Shown: positions 1 to 13,500 of the stretch, piece by piece
Numbering within the stretch: position 1 is the first letter of the stretch
Layout of the letters: every line of letters starts with the position of its first letter
From: Epiperipatus broadwayi
Lineage: Eukaryota; Animalia; Onychophora
Direction of reading: 5' to 3'
DNA length: 64,000 bases
NCBI GenBank assembly: GCA_028023455.1
Contig: JAQFVV010000005.1
Location: 17,112,001-17,176,000, forward strand
The notes under the pieces: model-generated
What the model saw: only the letters and a program-made list of their open reading frames with translations
Databases searched by the model: none
Told to the model about the DNA's origin: nothing
Made by a program: the position numbers and the translations under genes

Positions 1-400
1 AAAGAGAACAGATAAGATTGCAATACCAGCAAAGGCACTTTCAAAGAATTTTTTTAACAGATTATTTCTAATCATAGACAAATGGATACCAGAGATTCTG
101 TATAATTTTAGAAAATCAAGAAGATAGAATCATTGTTAAACAAATGTGAAACACTCATGATTTATATATTGCTCTTATTGATGATCAAGACATTTGATTT
201 AAATTAATCAAACAGGTCTATGGCACTTATTTGAAATTATTAGATTGTTCACCAAAGTGTATTGTTTTTACATGATGAAACAAGAGAAAATGTTAATACT
301 ACAAGTCAAAAATATGAAACATTTGAAAAATAAAATGGTATTAAACAAAAAAAAAAGAACTCTGACAGCCCCGCATAGCTATTTAAGTTATTGAAAACAT
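1..400 (+). mobile_element. Decayed RTE-type LINE reverse-transcriptase fragment
   Basis: Broken frames read LYIALID..., DCSPK, LHDE, NGIKQ, matching the RTE RT order (LYIAFIDL..AFD / GCPPK / LHD / NGVKQG). Confidence 0.5.
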
Positions 401-439
401 TTAGGTATCTAAAAATTTCAGACTTTACTTAATAGTTAA

Positions 440-680
440 CTTTTAGATAAATGCTGACTTTGGCTTGGTATTTTTAGATCTAGTGTCTGAAACTATCTAG
501 CGCTTCACTGAGGAGTGCCAAAGCATGAAACCATTGGTCTGAGGCTACGGAGAGGTTTTCAAGATAGAGATTTTGTTTAGCTGGCATTTATCAATAAAGC
601 TTGTTAGAGCAAATTAGCAGAGCTCTTTATTTTTTATTTACAAGCTTAAAAATTGAGTCATGTGATATATGATTTTGATT
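440..680 (+). mobile_element. Small hammerhead-bearing element (family 1); decayed partial copy at ~2690-2830
   Basis: gataaatgctgac (~448) and gctggcatttatc (~580) are complementary and enclose the ribozyme; 599-680 (gcttgttagagc...gtcatgtgatatatga) recurs at 2742-2819. Confidence 0.5.
503..544 (+). ncRNA. Minimal type-I hammerhead ribozyme motif (family 1)
   Basis: CTTCA-CTGAGGA-GTGC(CAAA)GCAT-GAAA-CC(ATT)GG-TC-TGAGG: stem I CTTCA/TGAGG, intact CUGANGA and GAAA cores, GUC triplet, predicted cleavage after 539. Confidence 0.8.
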
Positions 681-704
681 TTTTGTTGACTAGGTATTAA
701 ACAA

Positions 705-975
705 GTTTGTTTATTGTTTTTGATATTTATTATAGTTTTATTTGTCATTTTTCAGCGATTCTCTTTTTTTATTTGTCTTTTTTCAGCCACTTTCATCGGG
801 TTTTTTTTTATTTGACATTTTTCAGTCACTTTCATCATTTTTTTTTTTGTCATTTTTCAGCCACTTTGGTAAATAAATTTATCACTTGCAGGTTTCAGGC
901 CGGTTGTTGATGGTTTCACAGCACCATCTGATGGCAGCAGTACGGTCTCTCCTCAACTACCAGTAGTTTTATATG
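705..975 (-). repeat. Interspersed element with ~31-39-bp subterminal tandem repeat (x4, 740-867); related copy at 54609-54665 + 55068-55110
   Basis: Unit tttgtcatttttcagccactttc; reverse complement of 880-955 aligns with 54609-54665 (gcc.tcag..gctg..accatcaacaacc) and 55068-55092 (tgcaagtgataaattt). Confidence 0.5.
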
Positions 976-1099
976 TAGTAAAACATTGGATGTTGAGTTA
1001 CAGCATAAAAGATAATATTCTGCTACTGGTTTTAACAAGTTAAATAATAGAGTTTTCATTACAGTGAAATAAATATTGCAATTAAATTAGCTGTATATA

Positions 1100-4000
1100 G
1101 AGTTGTTATTTTGATTAATTTATCCCATGGAAGTAAGATATGGACTTCCATTAATGTAACATAATGGCATTAGAAAAGTTTCATTTAAGGATATTCATAA
1201 AATTTTAAAAATACAATAGCAAGATCAATCAATGGGTTTTTCAATTTTCTGGATGTGATACTATAAAGTCCACTATTGCTAAATCACAATTTCATTGAAT
1301 TGGATATGTAAAACAAATAATGCAGGATTTCCTGAAATAGTGCATTATGGGGAATTATTGAGAAAGATCATGTTTACATTTTATGAATTTCTCAAAGTCA
1401 TTAAAATCAGTTTAATGTGAATTGTTTTCATTGAGAAAATATTGCAAAAATTAGAATATATTGAAGAGCTACAATTGGACACAGCGTTGAAATATTTTAG
1501 AAAGAAAAGTTGTCTGCAGAAGTTAAAATACAGTATTGCAAAATAACCAATAAATAGAACAATGGACCAGTATGTTCTATATGAGGATATATATTTGTGT
1601 TTCATAGATTGGTTTACATAGTTATTGCATAATTCACCTTTAGTGTATTATTATTACTTGTAATGATAGATCACCACCTAATTAGTTTTAATTGCATCAA
1701 AGAGAAATATTTGCTTTAAAAGATTAAGTTACTTGGAATCTAATAAATGTATAATTATGAATTGAAAAATCTCTAAAAAATAATGTGAAATTCATTGTAG
1801 GAAGATTCTTTTAATTGGTGATTATCATTTATCCTTTGAGTTTAAAAATTTCTTTTAATGCAGGTGGAAAATTTTTAAATCTGTATCTGATATAGAATAA
1901 TTACTGTCATTAATTTAGGTAAAGTTTTTGATTTTAATATTATCTACTTTTAATACTATTTAGATTGTTTGTGAGCACTTCACTTATGAAGCCTGTAATA
2001 ATGCACACCCTTCTTGAATTCTAATTCCTCTTGCTTCGAGCTAAAATATATTTTTTCATCAACAATTAGGGATTTTAAAAAAGAGGACTAGTTGAATCTA
2101 TGTTTGGAGTGAAGCATATAAATGTTTGAATCCAGATACTGCAGCTGTAAAATTTGATGAAATAATTAATTTGGTGGTAGGTAAATTTGTTCTTTTTAAA
2201 GTGAATAATTTTCCTGGTTCTCTAATAAATTTATAAAGGCAATTAAAGCTAAAAATAAATATAAATGGTGTGAATCGACACATTTTTTATTATATTATAT
2301 TTTTTTAAATTTCAGATCTATTACCAAGGCTAGACAGATAACACATTTTAAAAATTACTTACTTAAAACGTATAAGGATCCGAGAAGTTTTTGGAAATTT
2401 ATGAAAAGAAATAAAAAGTCAAATTATGAATCCTAATAATGATGATGTAATAACCAAACTATTAATATTTAATAGATTTGCATATTTTTTTCTTCTCGTA
2501 GTAATATTTCACCTTTTAATTATTTATATGATTTATCAGCTATACTGTTATATATAGTTATCAGCCATATGTAAAATTTAGTCTTCAACAATTGTTAGCT
2601 TCTTATGGATTAAAAATAAATCTGTGGTTGATTTTAACGGCATATCTTCATTTTTTTATAAAGGTAGCATGGGGACCATCATAGATAAAAACTTCATGTA
2701 TTTTCTCTTGTAGCATTTATCATAAAAAATAAAATAATTAAGCTTGTTTAGAGCTAGTAGCAGGCTCTTTATATATTACATATTGGTAATACAAGCTATA
2801 TAGGTCATGTGATATATGACTGATTTTTACTATTATACTTCTTTAATTTTTCTATCTAAAAGTCACCTTTTTTTAACAGATGGAAAATTATTAAAAAGAC
2901 TGAACATAAAAACAGGTTTGAAAATTAAAAGCCAATTTTAGTCTCCTCACTTCCAGATAAATTATTTGAATTGATTCTATATGAACTTGTTTATAACTAT
3001 TTGAATAGATTTATTATAGAACTTCAGCATGGATAAACTGTTATATTACTACAATCATGATATATTTTAATGATGTTGCTATTGGTAATCAAAAACAAGA
3101 TGACACAGTTTATTTATTTAAGGCATTTGATAAGATTTCCCATTCTATATTTATCATTAGGTTAGATTATCTGGTATTAACTAAATCAAAGTTAGATTAT
3201 TTGCATCATGTTTGCACAAAAGGTCTCATTTTATTAAATATTTGATTGCAAGTCAGATTATTTAATGATTCTAATGTTTCTCAGGAATCTGTTTTGGAAT
3301 CATTTCTGTTCAATTTATATCTGATTGCTGCATTTCATGCTTTCAGATGATATTAAAATTTATAAATACATTAAAACATTTAATAATTGTTATTGAACAC
3401 AAAATAATATCAGTAGATTTGAATTATGGTGCAGAAATAATTATATAACAATGAATGAGAATAAAACAAAAATATTTTTTAAAAAATCCCGTATTATTTA
3501 ATTATATATTAAAAAGTAATATTATTTTTGAGAATAAATAAATATAAAGATTTGGATATTATTTTAGATTTTAAATTACTTTTTAAAAATAATATACAAT
3601 ATATATGCTAAAGCATTTACAGTATACCTTTGGAGGAGTAGGATTTCTTAATAAAACATTTTTATACCTTTAATGTTACCTATTCTAAACTATGGAAGTG
3701 TTGTTTGGAATTCTGAGAGTCAATTTCACAGTAAGGTACTATAGTACAAACAAAATTTATAAATTATTATAATGCAAATAAGTTTTCTTATCTTTCTTTA
3801 AAAGTGTTATAAAATCTTAATGACATTATATTTCTTGAAATAGTAATTAAAAAATAAATTAACATCATAAACTGCATTAGTGAAATTTCCTAGTGTTCCT
3901 GATTTCTGCTGGAAACATGATATGACATTTTACATGGCGAAGTTTAGAACTAATTGTTTAAGAGATTCTCCGCTGTTTAAATTTCCAAGGTTATTTAATA
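1100..4000 (+). mobile_element. Heavily decayed CR1/Jockey-group LINE (RT and probable upstream part)
   Basis: Fragments read AFDKISHS (ORF 3057-3245), SQESVLE.FLFNLY (SGVPQGSVLGP-like), DDIKIYK, KDLDIILD.KL, YSKL.YGS.VW in RT order; boundaries approximate. Confidence 0.55.
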
Positions 4001-4983
4001 CATTTTAATGTTCTTCATTTAATTGGGAAAGAAAAAAAAATATAATTCTCTCTTTATAAACAAATATGTTGATAAAAGCATGCACATGCCACTGTGTGTG
4101 TGTGGGGGGGGGAGGATATGTGCTTACATTTATGATTGAATGTAATGTAAATATTTATTTATAATACTATTATTAGCTTTTAATATAATACACCATATAC
4201 TCCTTAAATTACACTCTACAATGCAGTTTAACATATGATTTATTTTATTTCCTTCCTTACAGTTTCTATTAATAATAATGTGCTTGGTAATAAGGTTTTT
4301 TATTTTATTTTATCTGCATCTGTAGAATGAATTGGTTTGAATAAATTATTGTTATTTGTTTTGTCTTTTTATTTTATTTTTCTTGGAGTTGGAATGACTA
4401 CAGTCATTTATGAGTGACTGGGGATGCTAACACAAAATTGGTAATGATATATTTGACCATCCATCTCACTTGATGGTGTTATTGCTAGCCAAAAGCAGGT
4501 AAAAATACCGTTTAGCAGGTCCAACTTCTCAATTACTATCAGTAATTGATTCTTTTGCAGCATGTTTTGCAATCAATTGCTCTTTCAATTCACACTTAGC
4601 CTGCCATATCAGTTCAAATTATTTGATATAAATTTTTACTTAAATGAAATAAATTAAAATAGAAAGTACTATTAAATGTACAGTAGTCAATAATAAGCAG
4701 TATATAACTTTTATAACTGACAATTTCTTCATTTTAAAATCATAATACAGTACTGTGAAACTTCAACATCCATTAGATTTTGTTCCAAAATCCTTTAACA
4801 GATATCATGAATAATGGATAATAATTCACAATGTTCATTTACAATTTTGCTTAAGTTTGTATATGAATCTAGATAAATAAAAACATTTAAAACATACATT
4901 CTTGTATATATAATGGCAGATATCTTAACATATAAATCTATAAGCTATTATTTAAAAAATTAGTATAATATGTGCATTTATAA

Positions 4984-5466
4984 GGGGTCATTTGTCTTTT
5001 ATTATATCTGTATTTAAAAAGAATGGGGAAGTATGGAAATGTTTATTATATCTATAAAAATATTACATACGGGACAGAGAAAGGTGAATAATTCCGTGTG
5101 TGTAAATTTAAAAAAATCAGATATATTAATCTTTACCTGAGGTTTAAAGTTTATATCTGTGCTAGAGATAATCTCTAGTTTCGAAAGTGATTAGTAATAA
5201 TCATTAGTGTATTTATCTGAAATGGATAGCGTCAAAGTTGTGAGTGGAGGAAGTTTGACAATGGTAAATGAAAATGTAACAATTTATTCTAGATAAATAC
5301 TTTGCATATAATAAAGATGTATAAGAGAGATAGTGACCTGGACCAACTGATGAGTGCTGGTTCAGCATGAAATGCATCTTGGGGGTCATTTGTCTTTTAC
5401 TATATCTTTATTTATATGTATTTAAAAAGAATGGGGAAGTATGTAGATGTTTATTATATCTATAAT
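4984..5466 (+). mobile_element. Retrozyme/pLTR-like element: 398-bp monomer plus ~85-bp partial second unit (family 3)
   Basis: ggggtcatttgtctttta...gtatttaaaaagaatggggaagtatg...gtttattatatctata at 4984 and 5382 (period 398); hammerhead immediately before the second copy; no plus-strand ORF; multiple hairpins. Confidence 0.75.
5343..5382 (+). ncRNA. Minimal type-I hammerhead ribozyme motif (family 3)
   Basis: CCAA-CTGATGA-GTGCT(GGTTC)AGCAT-GAAA-TGCA-TC-TTGG: stem I CCAA/TTGG, 5-bp stem II, palindromic stem III (ATGCAT), AUC triplet, predicted cleavage after 5378. Confidence 0.85.
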
Positions 5467-6552
5467 TATAATAATTAATACAAATAGAGATTGATTTTGT
5501 GTTCAAATTCCAAACAAACATATTTTTAAAAACATTCTTCTTTTCATGAGTGATAGTTTTCATTAATGATTTGTTTATCTTCCATTTATCAAATGTCTGA
5601 ATTAACAATGCTTTAAAAAAAGAAAAAAAAAAAAAGAATTGGCTAGAGCTGAAATCAGTTTTTTTTTTAGTTTAATTTAGCAGTGATCTTTTCCTTCCTC
5701 TTTTCCAACTTTATCCAAAATTTCAATATAAAGCAATACAATTCAAATGTCAATAAATTTTTTTAATAATGTAAGGAGATATTATTTTATATAGCGCGAA
5801 TGTAAGAAAAAATCCACTGTACTTAAGCAGTATAATTATTAATATTAAAATGAAATTGATGCACACATTTTTTATAAATACAATTGATGAAAACTGATAA
5901 TGATAAAATGTAATATACATCTAAGTGATATTAAATTGATTAAGCACATGGATTCTGACATGAATTGGATTAAATATGAACTAAAAAATTTAAATTTTGT
6001 TTAGATTTTTTTTGTTTTGGATATTAGATGAATTAGCAGATGTTGTTACAGTGCATACTATATATATATGATTCCAACTTTATTGTTAAAATATTGCCTT
6101 GACAACAATTTGAAATTGTTGATTGTTATTGATATTAGGATAAGTGTTGACTGATTTTGATAATATAAGAATTGAGTACAAAAACTTGTTTTATTTTTTA
6201 TGTATGGTACTATATTCTTTTTGCGAAGAATAAAAAAACAGTAAATATTCTTTTAAATAGATAAATAAAGTTTGGAAGAAGTTATGATAATAAATTGGGT
6301 GTTGTAAATCAAACATATTATCAATACATTATGAGAGATGGATATTGGGAGATTTGAATACAGGAACTGAATACTTATTTATTCAGAGTTTAAAATAAAT
6401 GAGGGAGAGAATATTTGAGTAATTGGGAGGAAACATTAGCAGAAAAAAAATATTTTAAAAGAAATATAACTAAAGATATACAATATAAGGTGAATTTTAT
6501 TGAAAGATGGATTGAAATTTCTCATTAAACATGATAAATCAGATAGTATGTT

Positions 6553-7037
6553 AATGAGGCATTTATTTTATATAGTGCTATGTTTATAAATTGTAATAAA
6601 CTAAAGATCAGCCTTTCAAGCTAACGTACATGCACTTTTTATGAATATTAATACTAATAAAAGTAATTTAAAGTGAATGGTTTATCCTCACACTTTCATT
6701 TCCAGTACTTAAGATTTGCCGATATATAAGCATTTGAATTGAAAGAATAGATGGATTCATTCTATTCTTTCGAAAAGACTTTATCTTGTGTTGGAAGTGA
6801 AAATATTTATTTATTAGTATTAATATTCATAAAAAGCGCATGCACGTTAGCTTGAAAGGCTGATCTTTAGTTTATTATAATTTATAAACATAGCGCTATA
6901 TAAAATAAATGCCTCATTTACATATGTTTAGTTTCATTTAAGAATGACGTTTGTAAATTCTAGATAATTTCGTGGACGTCATTCATTCAGACATAGTAAA
7001 AAGTAATTTAAAGTGAGTGGTTTATCCTCTCACTTTA
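6553..7037. mobile_element. Penelope-type pseudo-LTR remnant forming a foldback (same family as 51063-51494)
   Basis: 109-bp inverted arms 6553-6661 / 6810-6918 (4 transition mismatches); aagtaatttaaagtga recurs at 6661 and 7001 (340-bp period); shared blocks with 51063-51494. Confidence 0.75.
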
Positions 7038-7864
7038 TTACAAGATGGTATGTTGTAAATGAGGAAAAATAGACATTATGAAAAAGATTTTTTTTTAAAA
7101 AAAGTCAGATATATATTTGGAACAAATTATAGCTGATAGTGAAGGCTATTTATAAAAAGGCAGATTAACTGAGTTCTTTTTTAAGATGGATAAGTAATAT
7201 ATTAATGTTTTTTTGATAGATTAACATTTATGTGAAATTATAAAATAACTTTTTAACTAAAAAATGTGTAAAAGACATAAAATGATTTAAAAGGGGGATG
7301 AAGTTTATTATGCTTTCTTTTGTCTGTGCACATGACAAAATAAATATATAAGATTTTCAGGATAAATTTGTGGAGATTGGAATCAATGAAAAAATAATAT
7401 TGTAATCTATAAACAAGAGCAAGTATCAGAAAATATAAAGTGTAAGACTACACTAGCTGTGTTAAAATACAAAACATGAGAAGTGAGCCAGGGAAGTTTT
7501 TTGTTGTTTAAAGCACATGCAAGATACCAGAAACTAGAGAAGGTTAAATAATGTGAAAGAGAGAAAAAATAGATTCTTTAAAGAGAAAATATGAAATATA
7601 TATTATGTAACACATGTTTTTGAAGGAGAAAAGTTGAAACTAGTTATTAAAAAGAATTAAGATAACATTGATGAAAATAAAGACTGAAGGTTAAGATGAT
7701 TTATTAAGTATTGGGTTTTGAAAAAAAAAAAAAAGACAAAGAATGAATAAACTAATAGAAATTTTTGAAATTGTGAGGAAAATGGATGCAGGAAGTAAAA
7801 CAATATTATATTAATGATTTATTCTGACTGAAGTAGAACTATGAGGCAACAAAATAATATGTTA

Positions 7865-8340
7865 AACCAGCAAGCATCATATGCCCACATCTCCAATACT
7901 AGCACATAATTGTTTATAAACAAAGCAAAGCAAAACTCCATATAGTAGTGCCACTGTGCTAAACAGAGTAATCAATGGATGTCAGAAGGCTTGTGCATAA
8001 AATCCCTATCTAATGCCTACTCATCCAATATCCCCAGACTAGTTTCTGACTATATAAGCTATTGAGCTTAGATTGAAAATATTTTTTGTGTTTTCAATTT
8101 CATGCTCATACTTTTGTAGTTAAGTAGAGGTAAAAGGTGGTTGCTAGAGGGTTGCATTAGATCCTAAGATCTAGATGCAGTGCTCTCAGATCCAAAGCTC
8201 CTCACTGACGAAGGCCACAAGCCAGAAACTAGTCTGGGGATATTGAATGAGTAGGCATTAGATAGGGATTTTATGCACAAGCCTTCTACTCTGTTTAGCA
8301 CAGGTGGCACTACTATATGGAGTTTTGCTTTGCTTTGTTT
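7865..8340. mobile_element. Hammerhead element family 2, foldback insertion with 14-bp TSD
   Basis: TSD AAAATAATATGTTA at 7851-7864 and 8341-8354; inverted arms 7918-8048 and ~8223-8340. Confidence 0.85.
8199..8240 (+). ncRNA. Minimal type-I hammerhead ribozyme motif (family 2)
   Basis: TCCTCA-CTGACGA-AGGC(CACAA)GCCA-GAAA-CTAG-TC-TGGGGA; palindromic stem III ACTAGT; GUC triplet; A.A mismatch at the base of stem II. Confidence 0.7.
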
Positions 8341-8590
8341 AAAATAATATGTTATTGATTGAATTTGTTGAGAAGGAAATGATTCTGGAAAAAGGAAAGA
8401 TCAATTTATCATTGTATTACAAAATTGATTATCTAGATAAAAAATCAGAAATCAAAAAGATTTTTGATTATCATCTTGTGCATATTCAATGCTTACATTC
8501 TAAAGCATAATTAGCTTGAACTTTCATTTAGTTTTTATTGAGTTGTCTATAATTGCATACTTTGATTCTAGAGTATATTTAACTTGAATT

Positions 8591-8700
8591 AATAATCAGA
8601 AAATAATAAAAAATTCTTTACAACAGCTATATAAATATCAAATTTTTTTTATACATTAAAAGCCTTTTTTAGCACCTGATTTGGTGCCATTTTCAAATAT
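8591..8700 (+). repeat. Single arm of the MITE-like family seen as a hairpin at 63393-63606
   Basis: taataatcagaaaataataaa..ttctttacaacagctatataaatatcaaa...ctgatttggtgcc nearly identical to the 63393-63491 arm. Confidence 0.7.
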
Positions 8701-10029
8701 TAATAATCTATTACGTTAACGAACTATTTCAGACAAAACTATCGTGTTCAATAATGAAATTAAAACAAACAATAACAATATAAGTCATTAAAATAAATCA
8801 ACACTTTTCATTTTTAACTTTTTTTTTCCAAAAAAAATAAAAATAAATAAATTATAGATCAATATTTCATCTAATAAATACATGATTTGTAGCTTGCAAG
8901 TTTATATGAAATTGGGCACTGAAAGTGATATATTTGAGCCATGATTTGTGAACTTGAGCTGTAGAATCTGGCACCGAAACTAGCAAAACATTTTCTTTGC
9001 TTAATTTATGGAGTTAATTATTTACAAAAAATTAATTTTTTAATAATAATTGCATAATAAAATTCTGAGCTTTTAGAATAATTTTTCACAACCTCAAATA
9101 TAATAAATTTTACATTACATTTTTAAAAACTATTCTTTTCTATATGTAAATTAAATATTTTTTTGAACTTATTAATTTTTACAAAGTTAAATAATTAAAC
9201 ATCAAAGGTATTCAACATGCAAACTATAGTTCAGTAATTGCAATTTAAATCCATGTTTTTATTTTAAATCTTCAATATCACTTAACTTTTATACCATCTA
9301 GTGAACATCAATTATTCATGCTTACAGTAGATGGCTCTAGAATAGGTTGGCTCTTTGTTGAGTTAAATTAAAAATCCATATTACGTTGAAAATTTTTGGT
9401 ATGCAGAGCAATCATTGTGCATAAGCAAGATCTGAGGGAATAAGTCATATAACCAAATAAATACAGCAGTTTAAATACTAATAAGTCTTGTAGAATAATG
9501 GAAGAGTATCAGCATATTCTGAATTCAAATTTAGGTAAAACATATTATTATAGAATTCAATCAATTTTTGAATGTTTTTTGTCAGATATCCAGCCACTAG
9601 TCAATTCAAGTAAACACTCAGTATTGGTCATTAAATAAATAGCTAACCATCTTTTATTAGAGAGCAAATGATCGCAAGACTTCAAACCATCATTCTTTGG
9701 AAAATGGGAAGTCTAGTGAGAAATGTCTTCTTTTTTATTATTCATTTATGAAGAGTGGCTATTTTTGAGGACTTTGCTTTGCAAATGGATTATTTAGTGG
9801 CTATTTAGCTCTTTATCTATAAATACTAATACACTAACTAAAAAAAAAATAATGGAAATTTTTACATCCATTTCAAGATGCATGTTTTTAAATTACAACC
9901 ATCATATGCCAATAGCGAGCAGATGGCTTTAGATTTATATGTTACTGGCATAGTATAGTAAACATCCCGAACAAGAACTTCTAAAGGATTATTTACTATT
10001 TATACTAAGCTAAGCATAATTTTAGTTAT

Positions 10030-10497
10030 GCATATTGTTTCGTGCGCATGTTTCACAGTATTAAGTTGCCGAAGTAATTTTTGTGTTTTGTTGCCTATTA
10101 TAATAGAATCTTCTTACAAATACTCTGACTATATTCATTTTATTTCAATCTGAGTCTTGTGAATAATATATACATAATCGTACCTATACATATATAAACA
10201 TCAAATCTATTGTCAAATATTTTACATCAATATCTATCATTAAAGTGTAGCTTAAATATAAATTTAGATGAAACCAAGGTGATATATTCATAGGTATGAC
10301 TTAATTAGCATCAATCACAAATGTGAAAATTAAGTAAAATTATAGTTAGTGAACAAAAGAAAAACAGAATTTATTATTAAAAAATTCGATTATCCAATTT
10401 TCTTTACAAATCCAAAAACAATAGGCTAATTTAATTAAAACCATAAATCTCGTTCAAATCACATGAATATCGCTAATAACTACGGGATTGTATAAAA
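10030..10497 (+). promoter_or_regulatory. Probable Prp19 promoter/5'UTR region
   Basis: Locally raised CpG content just upstream of the ATG, and a TGCGCATG (NRF1/Ewg-type) motif near 10043; TSS not determinable from sequence. Confidence 0.35.
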
Positions 10498-10516
10498 ATG
10501 GCGCTTTGCTGTGCAA
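10498..10516 (+). CDS. Prp19: Prp19 coding exon 1 (MALCCA + 1 nt)
   Basis: aaaaATGGCGCTTTGCTGTGCAA|GTGAGT; strong donor; phase 1 joins exon 2 (A+TT = Ile) in frame. Confidence 0.88.
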
Positions 10517-13500
10517 GTGAGTATCTTAATTTTAAAGTATAACATTGTGATGCATGTAAAAGCTGCCATAATGAAATTTTTATTGAAAATATTATTCTTC
10601 GTTTCTGTATAATTGTTTTTATTTTGTTGTGATCTTTTTTTTGTTGTTATTATATTATCTACCTTGATTTGCCGGTGATATTTTGATAAACACCAAAAGT
10701 TTATTTTTTAAAAATCGTAATTTAAAATGAATACAACTTTTGTAGTAAAACAAAAATCAATTTAATTAAGCAATTATTTTTTCTTTTTTTTTAATTAATG
10801 AAAATTATATCATAGGTAAAAAAATAAAGGCTATATATGCTTATAAATTTTGGATGCATTCTTTTTTTTAAAAAACTTGACCCCCCCCCCCTCATTCTAA
10901 TATATGTACGTTCACGTATACATATGCACATACTATAATAATTTCCTACCCATATTAATTTTGCACAAAAAGGAATTTACTATTATTAATTAATAGTAAT
11001 CGCAGCGCCTAAACGAGGCTTTAATCAAAATTATTCACTTTCTTTAAAATATTCAAAGCAATAGTCTCCTTATACATATTTTTTTTAATGATAAATTAGT
11101 TAAATAATTGGTTGGAAATTCATAAGAAATTCGAGCACCGAGACTGAGTTTCAGAATCAACCATTCTATCGCTAACAAGCACGTAAGGCAAAAAAAAAAA
11201 AAAGGACAAGCACTCAGTTTCACATTAATCATCCAAGTAAAACAAGCAAAACTCACTATACGTATTGCCACACACAGCAAGCTAGAGTAATCAATGGATG
11301 CCAGAAGGCTTGTGCATAAAATCCCCATCTAGTGCCTACTTATCCAATATCCCCAGACTAGTTTCTGGCTTGTAGCCTTCGTCAGTGAGGAGCCTTGGAT
11401 CTGAGAGCACTGCACCTAGATCTTAAGATCTAATGCAACCCTCCAGCAGCCACCTTTTATCTCCATTTAACTATAAAACTATGAGTATTGGTCATGTGAT
11501 GTTTATTGGCTTAAAATCATCCAAGTATTAACTAAACCTAACATTGTTTTGTTGATCAACTAAGAACTGATATTGTTGTATCCTGAGGGTCTCTAAAGAC
11601 CAGCCAGGGAGCTAAATAAATAAACAATATACTTCGAAATGTATATATAATAAGATTTATTTAATAACAATAATGTAAAAACAACAAGGCAATAAATAGT
11701 CCATTAATATTTTTATGCTATATATTATCTATATTTAATTACGATATTTTTACATTCAAATCAATCATCTCTTGAAATACAAATGAGCATATATAATTCC
11801 AGTTATAGAATAAAAACTATTAATGTTTGCAATATTAGTGCTTACATCGGCACACACAATTTACATGTTATATATTAACTATCTCCGTTTCCAACTTGTC
11901 TCATGCGGTTTGGTTAAGCTTCAGTTTATTACTCTTCACTGAACCTTTTCAATATACAAATAAATAATTGCTTCTTGTTTGTCACTATTCCATTTTAGAT
12001 TTAATCACTGCTAGTCGATCTACTAGTCTATCATTGACCATTCTTTACTGCTGATCTGTATCATTTCATCACCAACTTTAATCCAGTCTAAGCATTTTAG
12101 CTGCTTCCTCTCTTCATTTACAAACGAGGTATATATATACTGTATACGATTTAATTTATATGCAATTAGCTTCATTTGCATACAAATTCTTTTCTAATTT
12201 AATATATAATTTTGGGATGATCTCTCAAGTGAATTTCTAGAGTAATTTTCTCCAATAAAGAAAATGTTACTAAAGTGAAAAATTCATATGTATTTACATA
12301 TACAGTTTTACATGCACGACATTTCATTCCTCCCACTACTCTAGAAATACTGATTTAACTTATTACTATATCTTTAAACTTGTCAGGGGGTTTATTTTAC
12401 GTTTATGTAGAGTTTGGCAATAACTTTCTTCATCTTTTGAAGTAGTTCATCCTTCATTTTTCAAACACTTGTTTATCATCAATTATTTTAACTTGGTCTG
12501 AATCAGTAATTAAATTCTCCAATAAAATATCTTTTTCCCCTGATTTTTCCTCTAAGGGATTTAGATGAATATCTGGAAAGGTATCTCTATAACATTGTTG
12601 AAGGCGTTTAACATGTCTTTTCAACTCCTATCCATTCTTTAATTTTACTATTCTTGTATCTTTCGATGTTACTTTCACTATTTCATCTGGTGACTATTTA
12701 CAATTAAGTAAGTAGCATATTCACGCTTTTTCTCCTACCAAAAATTTGTCGCAATTTTGAATTTTATCATTTTTACAAGTAGGTGGTACTAGCTTTGTTA
12801 ATTGAGTCTGAGGAGTCCTAGATTTTTTCCATATCCAATTTGCTATAGCTGCACTACCAGTATTTAAAGTTCTGGAGTTTAATAACTTATTATTCACATT
12901 TACATGAATAACCAGTGGTCGGAACCAATTTCTTCATAACAATGGATGGAAATTTTTATTTACTACATAAAGTGTCAGCCATTTTACCCTAGCAATTAAT
13001 TTTACAGCCACTAACCACTTCCATGAATATCAATTTTCCAGCCATTTATATCTATAGTAATTACTTCTGTATCTTGAAGTATTATTCTTTTTTTTACTTT
13101 TTCCGCTAATTTTAATCCAATCTTTGCAATATATCATTGACAGACTGGCTTCACTTTCCATTTTTTACTGTTTAACTGCAATAACTGCATCTAAATATAT
13201 ATCTGGTCCATTTCTGTCATTCAGCCTCTTTATATTAACATTCTCATAGTTTAATTTTCCTTCAGATTTATAATCTGCTTTTACAAAATTAGTAGCTATA
13301 CTGTCCCCAAAAATGACAGACTGTTGCTAAATGATTTTTTTATCACAGTTTCTAGAAGTTTTATTTCTATGTTTACACTTATTTTTAAAATGTCCAATTT
13401 TGCCACAACAGTAGCACTTTTGCTCTTTTCTATCCCTTCAGGGTTTTGTAACAAGTTTTGCTACTTTATGATTTATTAGCAGAATATTCTTCAACTGTTG

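Noticed and set aside
4520-4620. Minus-strand reading ELIWQAKCELKEQLIAKHAAKES as a terminal exon of a divergent gene
   Set aside because: In-frame TAA just upstream and no AG acceptor between it and the stretch; protein not recognised
6920-6995. Possible hammerhead in the pLTR (minus strand CTGAATGA...GAAA)
   Set aside because: Extra base in the core and no consistent stem II/III or cleavage triplet; at most a fossil
9328-9433. Candidate minus-strand exon (ccctcag ... gtaagc) of a divergent gene
   Set aside because: Stops in all three frames; could be a non-coding exon but unsupported without RNA data
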